NCBI GenBank assembly: GCA_000146465.1 | Contig: CP001947.1 | DNA: 64,000 bases | Direction: 5' to 3' (one strand) | In this document: positions 8,277 to 17,292 of the stretch, piece by piece | Position numbering within the stretch: position 1 is the first letter of the stretch | Layout: every line of letters begins with the position of its first letter | Translations under genes and position numbers: made by a program | Notes under the pieces: generated by a model | What the model was told of the DNA's origin: nothing | The model's database searches: none | The model's input: the letters and a program-made list of their open reading frames with translations, nothing else

Positions 8277-9194
8277 TCATGTTCTGTATAGATTATTGTA
8301 TTTCTTGAAAGCTTGGGCTTCAGAATCATACTCGCCTAGGCATGCTCGCTCCCTAGCCTCTTGGATTCTTTGCTTGAGTAGTCGAATCCTTGTTCTGTCA
8401 AACATAATGTCTCCAATAGTTCCGCTTGCACAAACCACTCCATCCTTCGGAGATTTTCCATGTCTATCCAGTATCTTCCTACCCATCTTCTTCCTTGCTT
8501 TCCTGGAACTGTTCTTCATGAGCAAACAAAATGTTTCGAGCAAGCTGCACTCCACATCCTCCAGATCCCTTTCCAGCTTGTTTCTCTTGCCATAAAGCTT
8601 GCACAATGCCTCAAGTAGATGTAGCTCTTTCCACATCCTTTCGACCTTCTCCTTCGAGAGCTCTTCACTTCTTCTACTTCTCCTACTAGGCTTAATAATT
8701 CTCTTGCGGAAGCACACATAAGCAAGAGGATTGAATTTCTCGTTTCTGATTAGTATTCTGGATGCAACCATCCTGGAGAACTTTTCCTTGCCTTCTAAAA
8801 GGTCTTGCTTGTTGGAGATCGTAGACAGTATCCCATAAAACTGCTTTTCATCCACTCCAGACTCCTTGCATATTCTCCTATCTTCGTTGTTCATCAAGTA
8901 CTCGTTCTCGGCATCTCCAATCCATTCGACATATTTGCGCTTGGGAACATATTTGCCATAAATTTCTCGTGCCGGGTTATCCACTTTAGTTATCACCGGA
9001 ATCGGGATGTTTCCCTTCTCTCCCTCCATTATCTTTTTCAGGTGGAGCTCTTTCTCTTCATCGGCTTCCATCCCTGTGTCAAGCGACGGAGGAACATACT
9101 CCTCCAAGGAAGACACGTCGAAGGACCCGGGTTTGTAAATAGCATATGGCAAGCCATTGTCTATTTTCACATTTCTCTTTCTCTTGTATACCAT
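8277..9194 (-). CDS. Enhancer-of-polycomb-like protein (Epl1, NuA4 subunit), EPcA domain
   Basis: IPIPVI...EY.....ED......(N)PLAYVCFRKRIIKPSRRSRR matches the EPc-N/EPcA signature (DPYVCFRRRE..K.RKTRR). Start moved to the internal ATG at 9192-9194. Confidence 0.55.
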   Translation of the reverse strand: MVYKRKRNVKIDNGLPYAIYKPGSFDVSSLEEYVPPSLDTGMEADEEKELHLKKIMEGEKGNIPIPVITKVDNPAREIYGKYVPKRKYVEWIGDAENEYLMNNEDRRICKESGVDEKQFYGILSTISNKQDLLEGKEKFSRMVASRILIRNEKFNPLAYVCFRKRIIKPSRRSRRSEELSKEKVERMWKELHLLEALCKLYGKRNKLERDLEDVECSLLETFCLLMKNSSRKARKKMGRKILDRHGKSPKDGVVCASGTIGDIMFDRTRIRLLKQRIQEARERACLGEYDSEAQAFKKYNNLYRT

Positions 9195-9281
9195 GGATAA
9201 TTTTTCAGAGACCACGTTTAAGCACAACAAATTGAGTTTATTGGGAGAGAATATAGGGCCGGAAGTCTTTTGGGCCCTTGA

Positions 9282-9929
9282 ATGGAGAGAGCAATAGAGC
9301 TGGTGATGGAGGAGCTAGGAAGTACTCACGACTCTGAATGCATAAGGAATTGGTACTTCTCGTATCTTCAAAGGAAAGAGAGCCCAAAAAGCAAGTTCAA
9401 GGATGTTCTATCGATTATCAAGGCAGACATTGAAGATATCAAGGTGCTGGAATCGACGGTCATGCTCTTTGAAATTTCACAAGAGACAGCAGATGAGATT
9501 TCCTTGAAAGATGTGGCCCATTCTTACGAGAATTCGATGGAGATCATCTCGATTTTGTCTTTATACAATTCTATCTTCCCTATAATTCAAAGATGCATCA
9601 GGAACGAGAGTGTTGGAAGCCGAGTCTCTGATCTCTACAATGAGGTTAGTATGCATTTGAATGGGCCACGGGAAGGATCCCGAGAAGTCCTGGAAGGGAG
9701 AAGGAGGTTTTTCTTTGATTTCTATATTCCTGTTGAGATATACTTTATGTCTGTGGGAAAGAACTATGAAATGAAAGAGAAGGAGAAGAAGTTCGTCGAA
9801 ATGTATTTGACTAAGAAGAAGCTGGATAAGAAGGGTTTGGCCTATGGAGACAAATTTTATGAGGAGATGTCGTGCGGGGACGAAAAGGTTTCCAAGGCAT
9901 TAAAATTTCTCTTTGAAGAGGTTTATTAG
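9282..9929 (+). CDS. Hypothetical protein (215 aa)
   Basis: True ATG preceded by TTTTGGGCCCTTGA (CCC motif). No family recognised. Confidence 0.5.
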   Translation: MERAIELVMEELGSTHDSECIRNWYFSYLQRKESPKSKFKDVLSIIKADIEDIKVLESTVMLFEISQETADEISLKDVAHSYENSMEIISILSLYNSIFPIIQRCIRNESVGSRVSDLYNEVSMHLNGPREGSREVLEGRRRFFFDFYIPVEIYFMSVGKNYEMKEKEKKFVEMYLTKKKLDKKGLAYGDKFYEEMSCGDEKVSKALKFLFEEVY

Positions 9930-9984
9930 ATTGGAAAATTGCAAGATAGTATAGATGTTGAAAATCCGGATGATTTTTTGACCC

Positions 9985-10923
9985 ATGACGATGGAAATTA
10001 ATAATAAGGAGGATGAAAATCTCTCTAGCTTTAAAAGGAATCTCAGGAAGATGATTCAACTGGAGGAGGAGGCCAAGAAGAGGAGAGAAGATCAAAGGTC
10101 CCGGAAGCTGGTCTCTATCAGGGTTGGGAAGATTGAGGGAATGGGAGAGTCACCTGAAAGAAAATTTGTTCAGGACAGGAAAAGGGTATTTGAAGAGCCA
10201 AAGGTGGAATATGAAGGAGAAGGAAAAGTAAGAGAGAGGATAGAAAGTTTCAGCAAGAAGGATGATGGTGTGGACGAAAGGATTTTAGGCGAAGAAGAAA
10301 AGAAGGGTTTTGTTTATGATAAAGACCATGGAAGGAATGGAGAAGAGGCCCAAAACAGCACCAATGCTGAGAGGAAGGGTAGTGAGAGCCTGAAGATTGT
10401 AGAAGAATGTAAGATAAGTGTCAACAGAGAGGTATTGGAATCTGGACCTAAATATAAAGACGAAGAAGCAGAGGATGAATGCTTCAAAGAGATTTCCGTT
10501 GAAGACATCAAAAAGAGCCTCCTTGCAGAATTAGATTCGGAGAGGGAAAGTGAAGCAGATATCATAAGTACTGTGATGAAGTCTGAAAACTCAGCACCTT
10601 CGCAGCAGGAAGTTATATATGTTGACAGAGAAAGTAGTTCTTTGGAAACAGAAAAGAACCCATATAACATAGGGTGTAATGTATATGCTTACGACATCCA
10701 CTATAAGATCTCTGATCTGTCTTGGGGGAACCCATCTGGACATATAACTCCTAATGAAAAAGAACCATCGATTAGTAGCAACAAAAGTCCTGTAAGGGAA
10801 CATGGAGACGTTAATCTGGAGGATGGACCTGTAACTTACCAAGATCTTGACGAGGAAAAGGAGGAGAAGGGATGGTTTTCTTTGATATTTGAGTCCGTTT
10901 TTTCTATCTGCTGTGGTAAGTAG
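9985..10923 (+). CDS. Hypothetical acidic glutamate/lysine-rich protein (312 aa)
   Basis: ATG preceded by ttttttgACCC. Low-complexity acidic composition. No family recognised. Confidence 0.45.
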   Translation: MTMEINNKEDENLSSFKRNLRKMIQLEEEAKKRREDQRSRKLVSIRVGKIEGMGESPERKFVQDRKRVFEEPKVEYEGEGKVRERIESFSKKDDGVDERILGEEEKKGFVYDKDHGRNGEEAQNSTNAERKGSESLKIVEECKISVNREVLESGPKYKDEEAEDECFKEISVEDIKKSLLAELDSERESEADIISTVMKSENSAPSQQEVIYVDRESSSLETEKNPYNIGCNVYAYDIHYKISDLSWGNPSGHITPNEKEPSISSNKSPVREHGDVNLEDGPVTYQDLDEEKEEKGWFSLIFESVFSICCGK

Positions 10924-11019
10924 AAATAAAGAGTTGTAATAGTTTTTAGCTAAGCCTAAGGGTCTTTGTCTTTATGCATCCAAGTAATAAAATTTATAGA
11001 CGAAAATTCTAGCCCTGAG

Positions 11020-12129
11020 ATGGTTGACCGAAAGGTGCTGTTTGCAAGGTCTTCGAAGTCAAATAACTTGAGCATGGGAATAGTTGGACTTCCAAATGTA
11101 GGGAAGTCAACTCTTTTCAACTTTCTTACAAGGAACAATGTTCCTGCGGAAAATTACCCGTTCTGCACGATTGATCCTTCGGAAGGTCGTGTGGAGATTC
11201 AGGACGAGAGAGTGGACTTTCTGGAAAAGAAGTACTCTCCTCAAAATGTTGTGAAGGCATATTTAAGTATAACAGACATAGCCGGACTTGTCAAGGGAGC
11301 TAGTACTGGAGTTGGGCTTGGAAATCATTTTCTGGACAACATCCGAAGTGTGGATGGAATATTTCATGTTGTAAGATGCTTTGAAGATACAGGAGTGGCT
11401 CATTTTGAGGATGGGGTTGATCCAATAAGAGACATAGAAATAGTCAACGAGGAGCTGAGGCTCAAGGACTATGAGACTATGGTTCGCCATGAAGAGAAAA
11501 TGTCGAAGGATCTGAAGTCGAAACCTTCTGACAAAAAGCTGAAGGATCAGGTTTTGCTGGTCAGGAGGCTTGTGGAGATATTGAAGAGCGATTGGGTAAA
11601 CAAGCATTCGTTCAACGAAGAAGAGATTGGATACATAAGCACTCTGAATCTGCTCACAGTGAAGAATGTAGTGTATCTAGCCAATATCAGTGAGAAGGAT
11701 TATGAAATGCGGCGGGCAAACAAGCACCTACGAGCGGTTATGAAGTATTCTGAGGATGTTATTGTGTTTAGTGCTACATATGAGGCCAACCATGAATCCA
11801 AGGTATTTTTGAACAAGCTTGTAAAGAAGGGATATGAGTCTTTAGACCTAATAAACTTCTTTACTGTGGGAAAGGACGAGGTCAGGAGCTGGACGATAAG
11901 AAGAGGAATAAATGCACCTTCTGCAGGGGCAGTAATCCACACGGACTTCAAGAAATATTTTATTATGGCCGAGGTGATGTCTTTTGAAGATTTCAAGACA
12001 TATGGAGGAGAGGCTGAGGTCAAGAAGGCTGGAAAGTACCACCAGAGAGGGAAAACATACATTGTTAATGACGGAGACATAATTCTCTTCAAGGTCAATC
12101 CACCCAAGTCCACAGGAAAGAAGAAATGA
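11020..12129 (+). CDS. OLA1: Obg-like ATPase 1 (OLA1/YchF)
   Basis: GIVGLPNVGKSTLFN G1 motif, TIDP...G.V..D.R, and the C-terminal TGS-like tail AGKYHQRGKTYIVNDGDIILFKVN. Start set at ATG 11020, preceded by TAGCCCTGAG. The track start at 10966 adds 18 non-conserved residues. Confidence 0.85.
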   Translation: MVDRKVLFARSSKSNNLSMGIVGLPNVGKSTLFNFLTRNNVPAENYPFCTIDPSEGRVEIQDERVDFLEKKYSPQNVVKAYLSITDIAGLVKGASTGVGLGNHFLDNIRSVDGIFHVVRCFEDTGVAHFEDGVDPIRDIEIVNEELRLKDYETMVRHEEKMSKDLKSKPSDKKLKDQVLLVRRLVEILKSDWVNKHSFNEEEIGYISTLNLLTVKNVVYLANISEKDYEMRRANKHLRAVMKYSEDVIVFSATYEANHESKVFLNKLVKKGYESLDLINFFTVGKDEVRSWTIRRGINAPSAGAVIHTDFKKYFIMAEVMSFEDFKTYGGEAEVKKAGKYHQRGKTYIVNDGDIILFKVNPPKSTGKKK

Positions 12130-12179
12130 ATATCTGTTCCGATTAAATAGAATTTATTTAAGTTTCTATGCATATACAA

Positions 12180-13970
12180 CTAGAAGAAATAGAACTCAAA
12201 GTCGTCGATTTCCTTTGTTTTTTCCTGCACGTGCTCCTCAGGCTTGTGTGCCTCCTTTCCATCTATCTTCTTGAGAATGTCCTGAAGTCTTTCGATAAGC
12301 TCGTTTTTCTTACCGGTGTGGTTCAGTCCAAACTCTTTCATAAGACTCTTGAGTTGCTGAACTGTGACATTGTTAAAGTCAAGCTCGCTTACCGAGTCCT
12401 TGAAGTTTTGAACCACTTCCTTAAACTCGTCTGTAACGCCTTTATTGGAATTAAGGAATAGCGGAAATATAGAATTTCCGTTGCTTCTCTCTGGAGAACT
12501 CTTTCTCATTGTCCCAAGATACATCTTTTGGCTGTCATCGACCCCTTGGATGAAGTCCAGACTCGAGTATTTTGATGGATGAACAATTCCCGGGTGCAAA
12601 CCTTGGTTACTCTTTATGTATTGCCACAAGAGAGGATTACTCTTCCTCTTTTTCCGGTTCATCCATGCATTGTTTTGTACAGGTACATCCGTATACCTCT
12701 GCTGGAAATGCGTCCTGAAGGCTGGATTCGGAAAGAGAGATGCCATCATTCTCCGGTCATAGTCTGCTCCGTCCACCTGCCTGTGCATTTTTTGGCCGCT
12801 TCCGAAAGAGGCTTGGCTATGACCGAACTCACGGTCGCCAAGAGTATGTGGTGAGGAAAATGCTCCACTATGTAGGTGATTTCTTGGTCCTTCGGAGCCA
12901 TGTATTCTAGAAATTTCCCCAGGCCCAAGGGGAACAGCTCTTCCTTCATAAAAGGAATGCCTTTCATTATTTCCAAATCCTCCTTCATAGTAGGAGTCAG
13001 GCCCCATCCTCACTTGAAAAGGCCCTTTGCGAAATCCTTGATTTAGTTCTTCGCCTTCCTTATACAAGAGATGTGTTGGGCCTTCAGAAAGCTTTTCCTC
13101 TCCCATACTCTTTCTTGAGGGCCCATATCTACCATATTCCTCTTTTCCTTTGGAAAATTCTTGATGGAAATTCCATGGTGTGCCTTGACTTCCAAAAGAT
13201 CCAGTATTACCGAATGCATCGTCTTCTTGGAACAGTCTTCTTCCCATTTCTCCGAAGTTGCTATCTTGTGAGCCTTTGGGCTCTCCCGGGAATTCCTGAA
13301 AAAAGGATGGAAGCCCAGTGCTCTGCTCATTTCCAGCTCTTCCACTATAATATGGATTTCTATTCCCTAGGTAGTCTCCTCCATCTTTCCCCACCCCATT
13401 CAGACCGTTATTGCTATAGGTCTCCACTTTTTTTACATCTAGAGAATTATCGGAGTTAATGCTATTGTTGCATGCTTCATTAGAAGAAATATCACCTGCT
13501 CTGGAAAATGGCTTACTAAATCCAAGAAAATTAGTTATGCTATCTGAGGAGTCTCCGGCCCTGCTGGTCTGTAGATATTCGCTAGGTAGGGAATTCTGCA
13601 TCCCTTGCAGTCCTCCTAAAGAGAAATGCTCTACTTGATTTGTAAACTGCTTTTGCCCATAGTCAACTTTGTCTCCAAAGCCATTTCGAATCTGGGTAAC
13701 ATGTAGAAAGGATTCCACATCTCTCTTTCGAGGCCTTCCTCTGGATGGAATTTCTATTGGCTTGGAATTCTGGTCGTCATCCATCTTGTCTCCTTCCTCT
13801 GTCCTCCATTTTGCTTTTAAATGTTTTAGGTACTCTGTTTCATTTCTCACAAATAGGATCTTGAGACTTCGTTTGTGGCCAGTAGCAGGGCGAGACTTGA
13901 TTCCCAAAACCTTCATTTTAGTAAAAGACAAGCGCAGGTCCAAATAATTGTTTTGTTTATGGATGTCCAT
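12180..13970 (-). CDS. Hypothetical nuclear protein with AT-hook-like RGRPRKR and C-terminal SAP domain
   Basis: 596 aa, low-complexity G/S/N-rich middle. C-terminus VTVQQLKSLMKEFGLNHTGKKNELIERLQDIL fits the SAP motif. True ATG at 13968-13970. Confidence 0.5.
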   Translation of the reverse strand: MDIHKQNNYLDLRLSFTKMKVLGIKSRPATGHKRSLKILFVRNETEYLKHLKAKWRTEEGDKMDDDQNSKPIEIPSRGRPRKRDVESFLHVTQIRNGFGDKVDYGQKQFTNQVEHFSLGGLQGMQNSLPSEYLQTSRAGDSSDSITNFLGFSKPFSRAGDISSNEACNNSINSDNSLDVKKVETYSNNGLNGVGKDGGDYLGNRNPYYSGRAGNEQSTGLPSFFQEFPGEPKGSQDSNFGEMGRRLFQEDDAFGNTGSFGSQGTPWNFHQEFSKGKEEYGRYGPSRKSMGEEKLSEGPTHLLYKEGEELNQGFRKGPFQVRMGPDSYYEGGFGNNERHSFYEGRAVPLGPGEISRIHGSEGPRNHLHSGAFSSPHTLGDREFGHSQASFGSGQKMHRQVDGADYDRRMMASLFPNPAFRTHFQQRYTDVPVQNNAWMNRKKRKSNPLLWQYIKSNQGLHPGIVHPSKYSSLDFIQGVDDSQKMYLGTMRKSSPERSNGNSIFPLFLNSNKGVTDEFKEVVQNFKDSVSELDFNNVTVQQLKSLMKEFGLNHTGKKNELIERLQDILKKIDGKEAHKPEEHVQEKTKEIDDFEFYFF

Positions 13971-13995
13971 GGCTAAAGACCAAGAGAAGGTTTAC

Positions 13996-14415
13996 ATGCT
14001 TTTGGAACTAGAAAGGATCCGGCAGCTGAATATCCCGCACGTGTATGCATTTCCTACTGGAACTCTGGAATTCACATGTGCAATGTTCCGAGGCTCGGAC
14101 CATACTGTCTTCAAGCTAATAAAATCAGACATTTATGAGAAGTGGAGTGTCCTAATCGATGGGGAATGTAGTGAGGAAATGAACAAGATGTCTGGCTCAT
14201 GCGATGCACATATAACACTAGAAACAACTGTACAGACACTAAGCAGATGCCATAATACCAGTCTCTTTGGAAAGTCTAAAAACATCTTTCCATTTATTTC
14301 CGAAGGTTTTCCAAACAGAGAGAAAAATATTACAGCGCTTTTGCTCTTTGTTAAAAATAGATGTTCCAAGACAAATGGTTGTGGAGAGAAGATGGCTATT
14401 CAGATAAAAGAGTAG
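13996..14415 (+). CDS. Hypothetical cysteine-containing protein (about 139 aa). Start uncertain.
   Basis: The only ORF filling the 477-bp gap between the SAP-domain gene start and the RPL14 stop. The track start is a TTG overlapping the opposite-strand start codon; first non-overlapping ATG used. No motif support. Confidence 0.25.
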   Translation: MLLELERIRQLNIPHVYAFPTGTLEFTCAMFRGSDHTVFKLIKSDIYEKWSVLIDGECSEEMNKMSGSCDAHITLETTVQTLSRCHNTSLFGKSKNIFPFISEGFPNREKNITALLLFVKNRCSKTNGCGEKMAIQIKE

Positions 14416-14446
14416 AAACAAACAGAAGCGAAGATAAGATGTTTAA

Positions 14447-14797
14447 TCATGCCAGTCCCTTTTCCTTTAGGAGCTCGTCCTCAACTCTTTTCCTCAGCTT
14501 CATCTGGAATCTCTCGAAATCATTGGTTGTATCCTCCTCACTAATGCTTTCTGGAATGAGCTTTCCTATCTCTTCTGGACTAAGATCCTTAATGTCAAAC
14601 GACTCATCCTCAAGGTGGAGATTAGATATAGAGCACATTTCCCTCTCTCCATCCTTCCTCTGGAGAAGTACAAAGGTTGCATCGATGATGCCAACAATTA
14701 TGCCATATGTTTTTCTTTTTTCTTTGAGTGCAGGTGTCACAATCCTTCCCAGCCTTACTGTCTTCTAAAGTTAGCCAAAAAGAAGCTCACTTACCAT
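14447..14797 (-). CDS. RPL14: 60S ribosomal protein L14e, spliced. Exon 2 is 14447..14764; exon 1 is ATG at 14795..14797.
   Basis: The ORF begins at a GTG. Upstream on the minus strand: aaaATG|GTAAGTGAGCTTCTTTTTGGCTAACTTTAG|AAGACA... The spliced product MKTVRLGRIVTPALKEKRKTYGIIVGIID...TNDFERFQMKLRKR matches eL14 (compare yeast ...LTDFERFQVMVLRKQKR). AAAAATTTGCCCTAAAA abuts the ATG. Confidence 0.8.
14765..14794 (-). other. Spliceosomal intron (30 nt) in RPL14, immediately after the ATG
   Basis: GTAAGTGA...GGCTAAC...TTTAG. An in-frame TAG inside it is removed by splicing. Confidence 0.75.
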
Positions 14798-14814
14798 TTT
14801 TAGGGCAAATTTTT
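14798..14814 (-). promoter_or_regulatory. AAATTT + CCC promoter motif upstream of RPL14
   Basis: Sense AAAAATTTGCCCTAAAA directly 5' of the ATG. Confidence 0.6.
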
Positions 14815-14862
14815 GTGTAGATTTAACCGTAGGAAAGTACACTGGTGAATCCCCAGGCACAG

Positions 14863-15162
14863 ATGAAGATAACAGACTTGCAGAATGAGGTCAACCACCT
14901 CCTGTTTCTTTATTTCACATCTATAGGGGTCATCCAAAGAGATGCGGGACTAGGAGACATTTACGACAAGATGGAAGAGCTGAAGAGAGAGATTGATGAC
15001 TGCCGAAAAAGGATTATGCGGCTCATGGACTCTGAGGAAGTGGATGTAGAACTCTGCAATGACTACAAAGAAATCATCACCGAGGGTAAGGAATTTGTGA
15101 GAGATGGGCTGAGTTTCCTTGACAAGCTTCTGAAGAAAGACTATGGACCTGGAAACTATTAA
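14863..15162 (+). CDS. MED21: Mediator complex subunit Med21 (Srb7)
   Basis: N-terminus ITDLQNEVNHLLFLYFTSIGVIQ parallels Med21 [23 protein letters not shown], followed by a coiled coil. Size about 100 aa. Start moved from a GTG to ATG 14863, preceded by TCCCCAGGCACAG. Confidence 0.6.
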   Translation: MKITDLQNEVNHLLFLYFTSIGVIQRDAGLGDIYDKMEELKREIDDCRKRIMRLMDSEEVDVELCNDYKEIITEGKEFVRDGLSFLDKLLKKDYGPGNY

Positions 15163-15189
15163 CATGAAAGATTTCAAGCTGCCCCTAAA

Positions 15190-17229
15190 ATGGTTATTAA
15201 AATTTCTATGGGAGATGGTGAAGATATTAGCTTTGATATCGAGAATCCTCCTCTAGATTCGAAGTTTGATGAGCTGTTAAAACTTCTGGATACTAATAAG
15301 GTTTCTCGATCTATACAACATAAAATAGTATATGGATATAGAAGACGTCCAGAGCTTGCCATGAAGATACTTGAGCAGCTGATCAGGGCTGACGGTGAGG
15401 ATCAGATCACACTTCTACTTCTACTTGCATGCAAGCTTCAAGCAGGAATGGATGGAGTTGACATAGTACAAAGGATGGAGCTTTTTGAATCTCCAATGCT
15501 TGATATTCTCAAAGGATTTGCTTCTCTAAGGAAGGAGAGCTATGACGGAGCACTGTTTCTCTTTGGAAAGGCAGGGTTTTCTCTCGGGATCCAAATCTGC
15601 AACTATTATCTTGGGAACATTGCAGAAGCCAAGAAGTCTGAAAATAAGGTGGTGAAGGGATATTGTCTTCTAAAGGAAGCCAAAAGCAACGACGAGCTCC
15701 GGGAGGTTACACGATTGTTTCGGGAGACCGGCAAAAAGGATCTTCTGTTTGGACTAGGAGTCGGAGAGGATTATGAAAATCGGGAGAATGTTGATGTGAA
15801 GATGAGACTTATTGGGGAATTTGTGGAAAGAGGAGAGTTTCAAGAGGCATGGGAGGAAATGGAAGGGATGCCAAGGAGCGCAGAAGTTCTCTATCTAAGA
15901 GGAAAGGTAGAGCACATGAAAGGGGATTTCGAGAAAGCAAAGAGGTACTACACAGAAAGTCTGGAGTGTGATAGAGATTTCTTTAAGAGTGAATACAATC
16001 TACAAAGGATAGTCCAGAATAAGATGAGAGAAGCGCACTATCGGTCTCCCGAGTTTTGTGATTTCAAAGCCTATCTCGAGCTCAAGAACAAGATAGTTGA
16101 TATAAATCTAGACGGATGCAGTGAAGAATTTCGGAATGTGGTCTCTGTGATAGCCAACAAAGGGCTGAGGAGAAGAGATACTCTTCTAAGAAGATATATG
16201 AAGCTGATAGGGAATCCATGGATTGAGAACTTTGTAGTGATGAACAATATTGGATATTCCCTGTGCAGTCACATGAGACCTTTTGACGAAACAGAAGAAA
16301 GGACGGAAGGAAACGACCGATTTCTTATTGGATCGATTGGAATAGATGAAGAAGACAAGAAATGGAGGGGAGAAGGAGAAGAGGGGGAAAAGAGAGCAAA
16401 GGAAGGAGAAAAGTATTTGAGAAAGGCATTAGACGAATGCCCTGATGAGTACAGGGAAGTGATAAGATACAACCTTGGATATGTGATGGAAGATAAAGAG
16501 TTGCTAGCAGATCTGTCATTAAAAGAAGCAAGGTTGCTGCTCTCAGTTGAAGGAGAAGGGATATCTTCCATTCCCAACGAGCTTGAACTAGCAGGGTTTT
16601 ATCATATGAAGAGAAAGGAATTCAAATTAGCAAAAAAGATATTCCAGAAGTTGGATACATTGTACAGTAGCATTGGGCTTGGAAATATATACATTAGAAG
16701 CTTCTACAAGGACAAGGACGAATCTGCATTAGGGAAGGCTATGAAAGCGTTTTCCAAGGGGTTGAAGTCGTACTATTGTGGAAATGGAGTTGGGATATGC
16801 CTTGCATTGAAGGGGAGGATGGAAGAGGCTATCGATGTGTTTAATAACGTTTCGATTGACTGGCCTGGAGGATATGTAAATCTTGGAAACACACTGATTC
16901 TTTGTAGAAGATATAGAGAGGCTATGGATGCCTTTTTGAAGACCTCTTCGATGAGATATTCTCGGAAGATGCTTGAAAGGCTCTGTAATATTGTTAATGA
17001 AATTGACGGATATAGACTGTGTGTGGATGTGGGGATAGCCGGGGCTAGAGAGAAGGCTTTTGAGCTTCTTGTTGAGCAAGGACGGTTTGAGGAAGCTTCT
17101 AAGCTTGGAGTCTCTGATGAAAGGCTTGTAAGAATATACGACGAAAAGAGAGAAGAGGAAAGAAAGAAGAAGGAGGAGTTGAAGAAAAAGGCTGAGGAGA
17201 TGAGGGAATACAGAAAGAGAAGAAAATAA
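15190..17229 (+). CDS. TPR-repeat protein with highly charged K/E C-terminus (Ctr9-like, Paf1 complex?)
   Basis: 679 aa with multiple TPR-like helical pairs and a C-terminal EEERKKKEELKKKAEEMREYRKRRK tail. GCCCCTAAA precedes the ATG. The Ctr9 assignment is tentative. Confidence 0.35.
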   Translation: MVIKISMGDGEDISFDIENPPLDSKFDELLKLLDTNKVSRSIQHKIVYGYRRRPELAMKILEQLIRADGEDQITLLLLLACKLQAGMDGVDIVQRMELFESPMLDILKGFASLRKESYDGALFLFGKAGFSLGIQICNYYLGNIAEAKKSENKVVKGYCLLKEAKSNDELREVTRLFRETGKKDLLFGLGVGEDYENRENVDVKMRLIGEFVERGEFQEAWEEMEGMPRSAEVLYLRGKVEHMKGDFEKAKRYYTESLECDRDFFKSEYNLQRIVQNKMREAHYRSPEFCDFKAYLELKNKIVDINLDGCSEEFRNVVSVIANKGLRRRDTLLRRYMKLIGNPWIENFVVMNNIGYSLCSHMRPFDETEERTEGNDRFLIGSIGIDEEDKKWRGEGEEGEKRAKEGEKYLRKALDECPDEYREVIRYNLGYVMEDKELLADLSLKEARLLLSVEGEGISSIPNELELAGFYHMKRKEFKLAKKIFQKLDTLYSSIGLGNIYIRSFYKDKDESALGKAMKAFSKGLKSYYCGNGVGICLALKGRMEEAIDVFNNVSIDWPGGYVNLGNTLILCRRYREAMDAFLKTSSMRYSRKMLERLCNIVNEIDGYRLCVDVGIAGAREKAFELLVEQGRFEEASKLGVSDERLVRIYDEKREEERKKKEELKKKAEEMREYRKRRK

Positions 17230-17292
17230 ATACTATTAAAGCTTCATGGGGTGGTTGTTTCCTTTTTAGAAGGATTTAATGTCCCTTGTATA

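Noticed and set aside
10916-10949. GTAAGTAG...TTTTAG spanning the stop codon of the acidic ORF 9985..10923, possibly a 3' intron
   Set aside because: There is no CTAAC or CTAAT branch element. The protein already ends in an ordinary stop. Microsporidian-type introns in this window are all 5'-terminal in ribosomal-protein genes. There is no frame-restoring downstream exon of recognisable content.
13948-13995. Track start of ORF 13948..14415 (and alternative ATGs at 13963 or 13969)
   Set aside because: The start is a TTG, and the first ATGs overlap the start codon of the divergent SAP-domain gene (CATGG palindrome at 13968-13971). The first non-overlapping ATG (13996) was used instead, and even that gene is low confidence.
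14765-14794. Resemblance of the RPL14 intron (GAGCTTCTTTTTGGCTAAC) to the 5' end of U2 snRNA (GCUUCUCGGCCUUUUGGCUAAGA)
   Set aside because: The similarity is confined to a T-run plus GGCTAA, which is expected from a branch-point-like CTAAC. The genuine U2 gene is at 24.8 kb. This segment is removed by splicing to restore the L14 frame.
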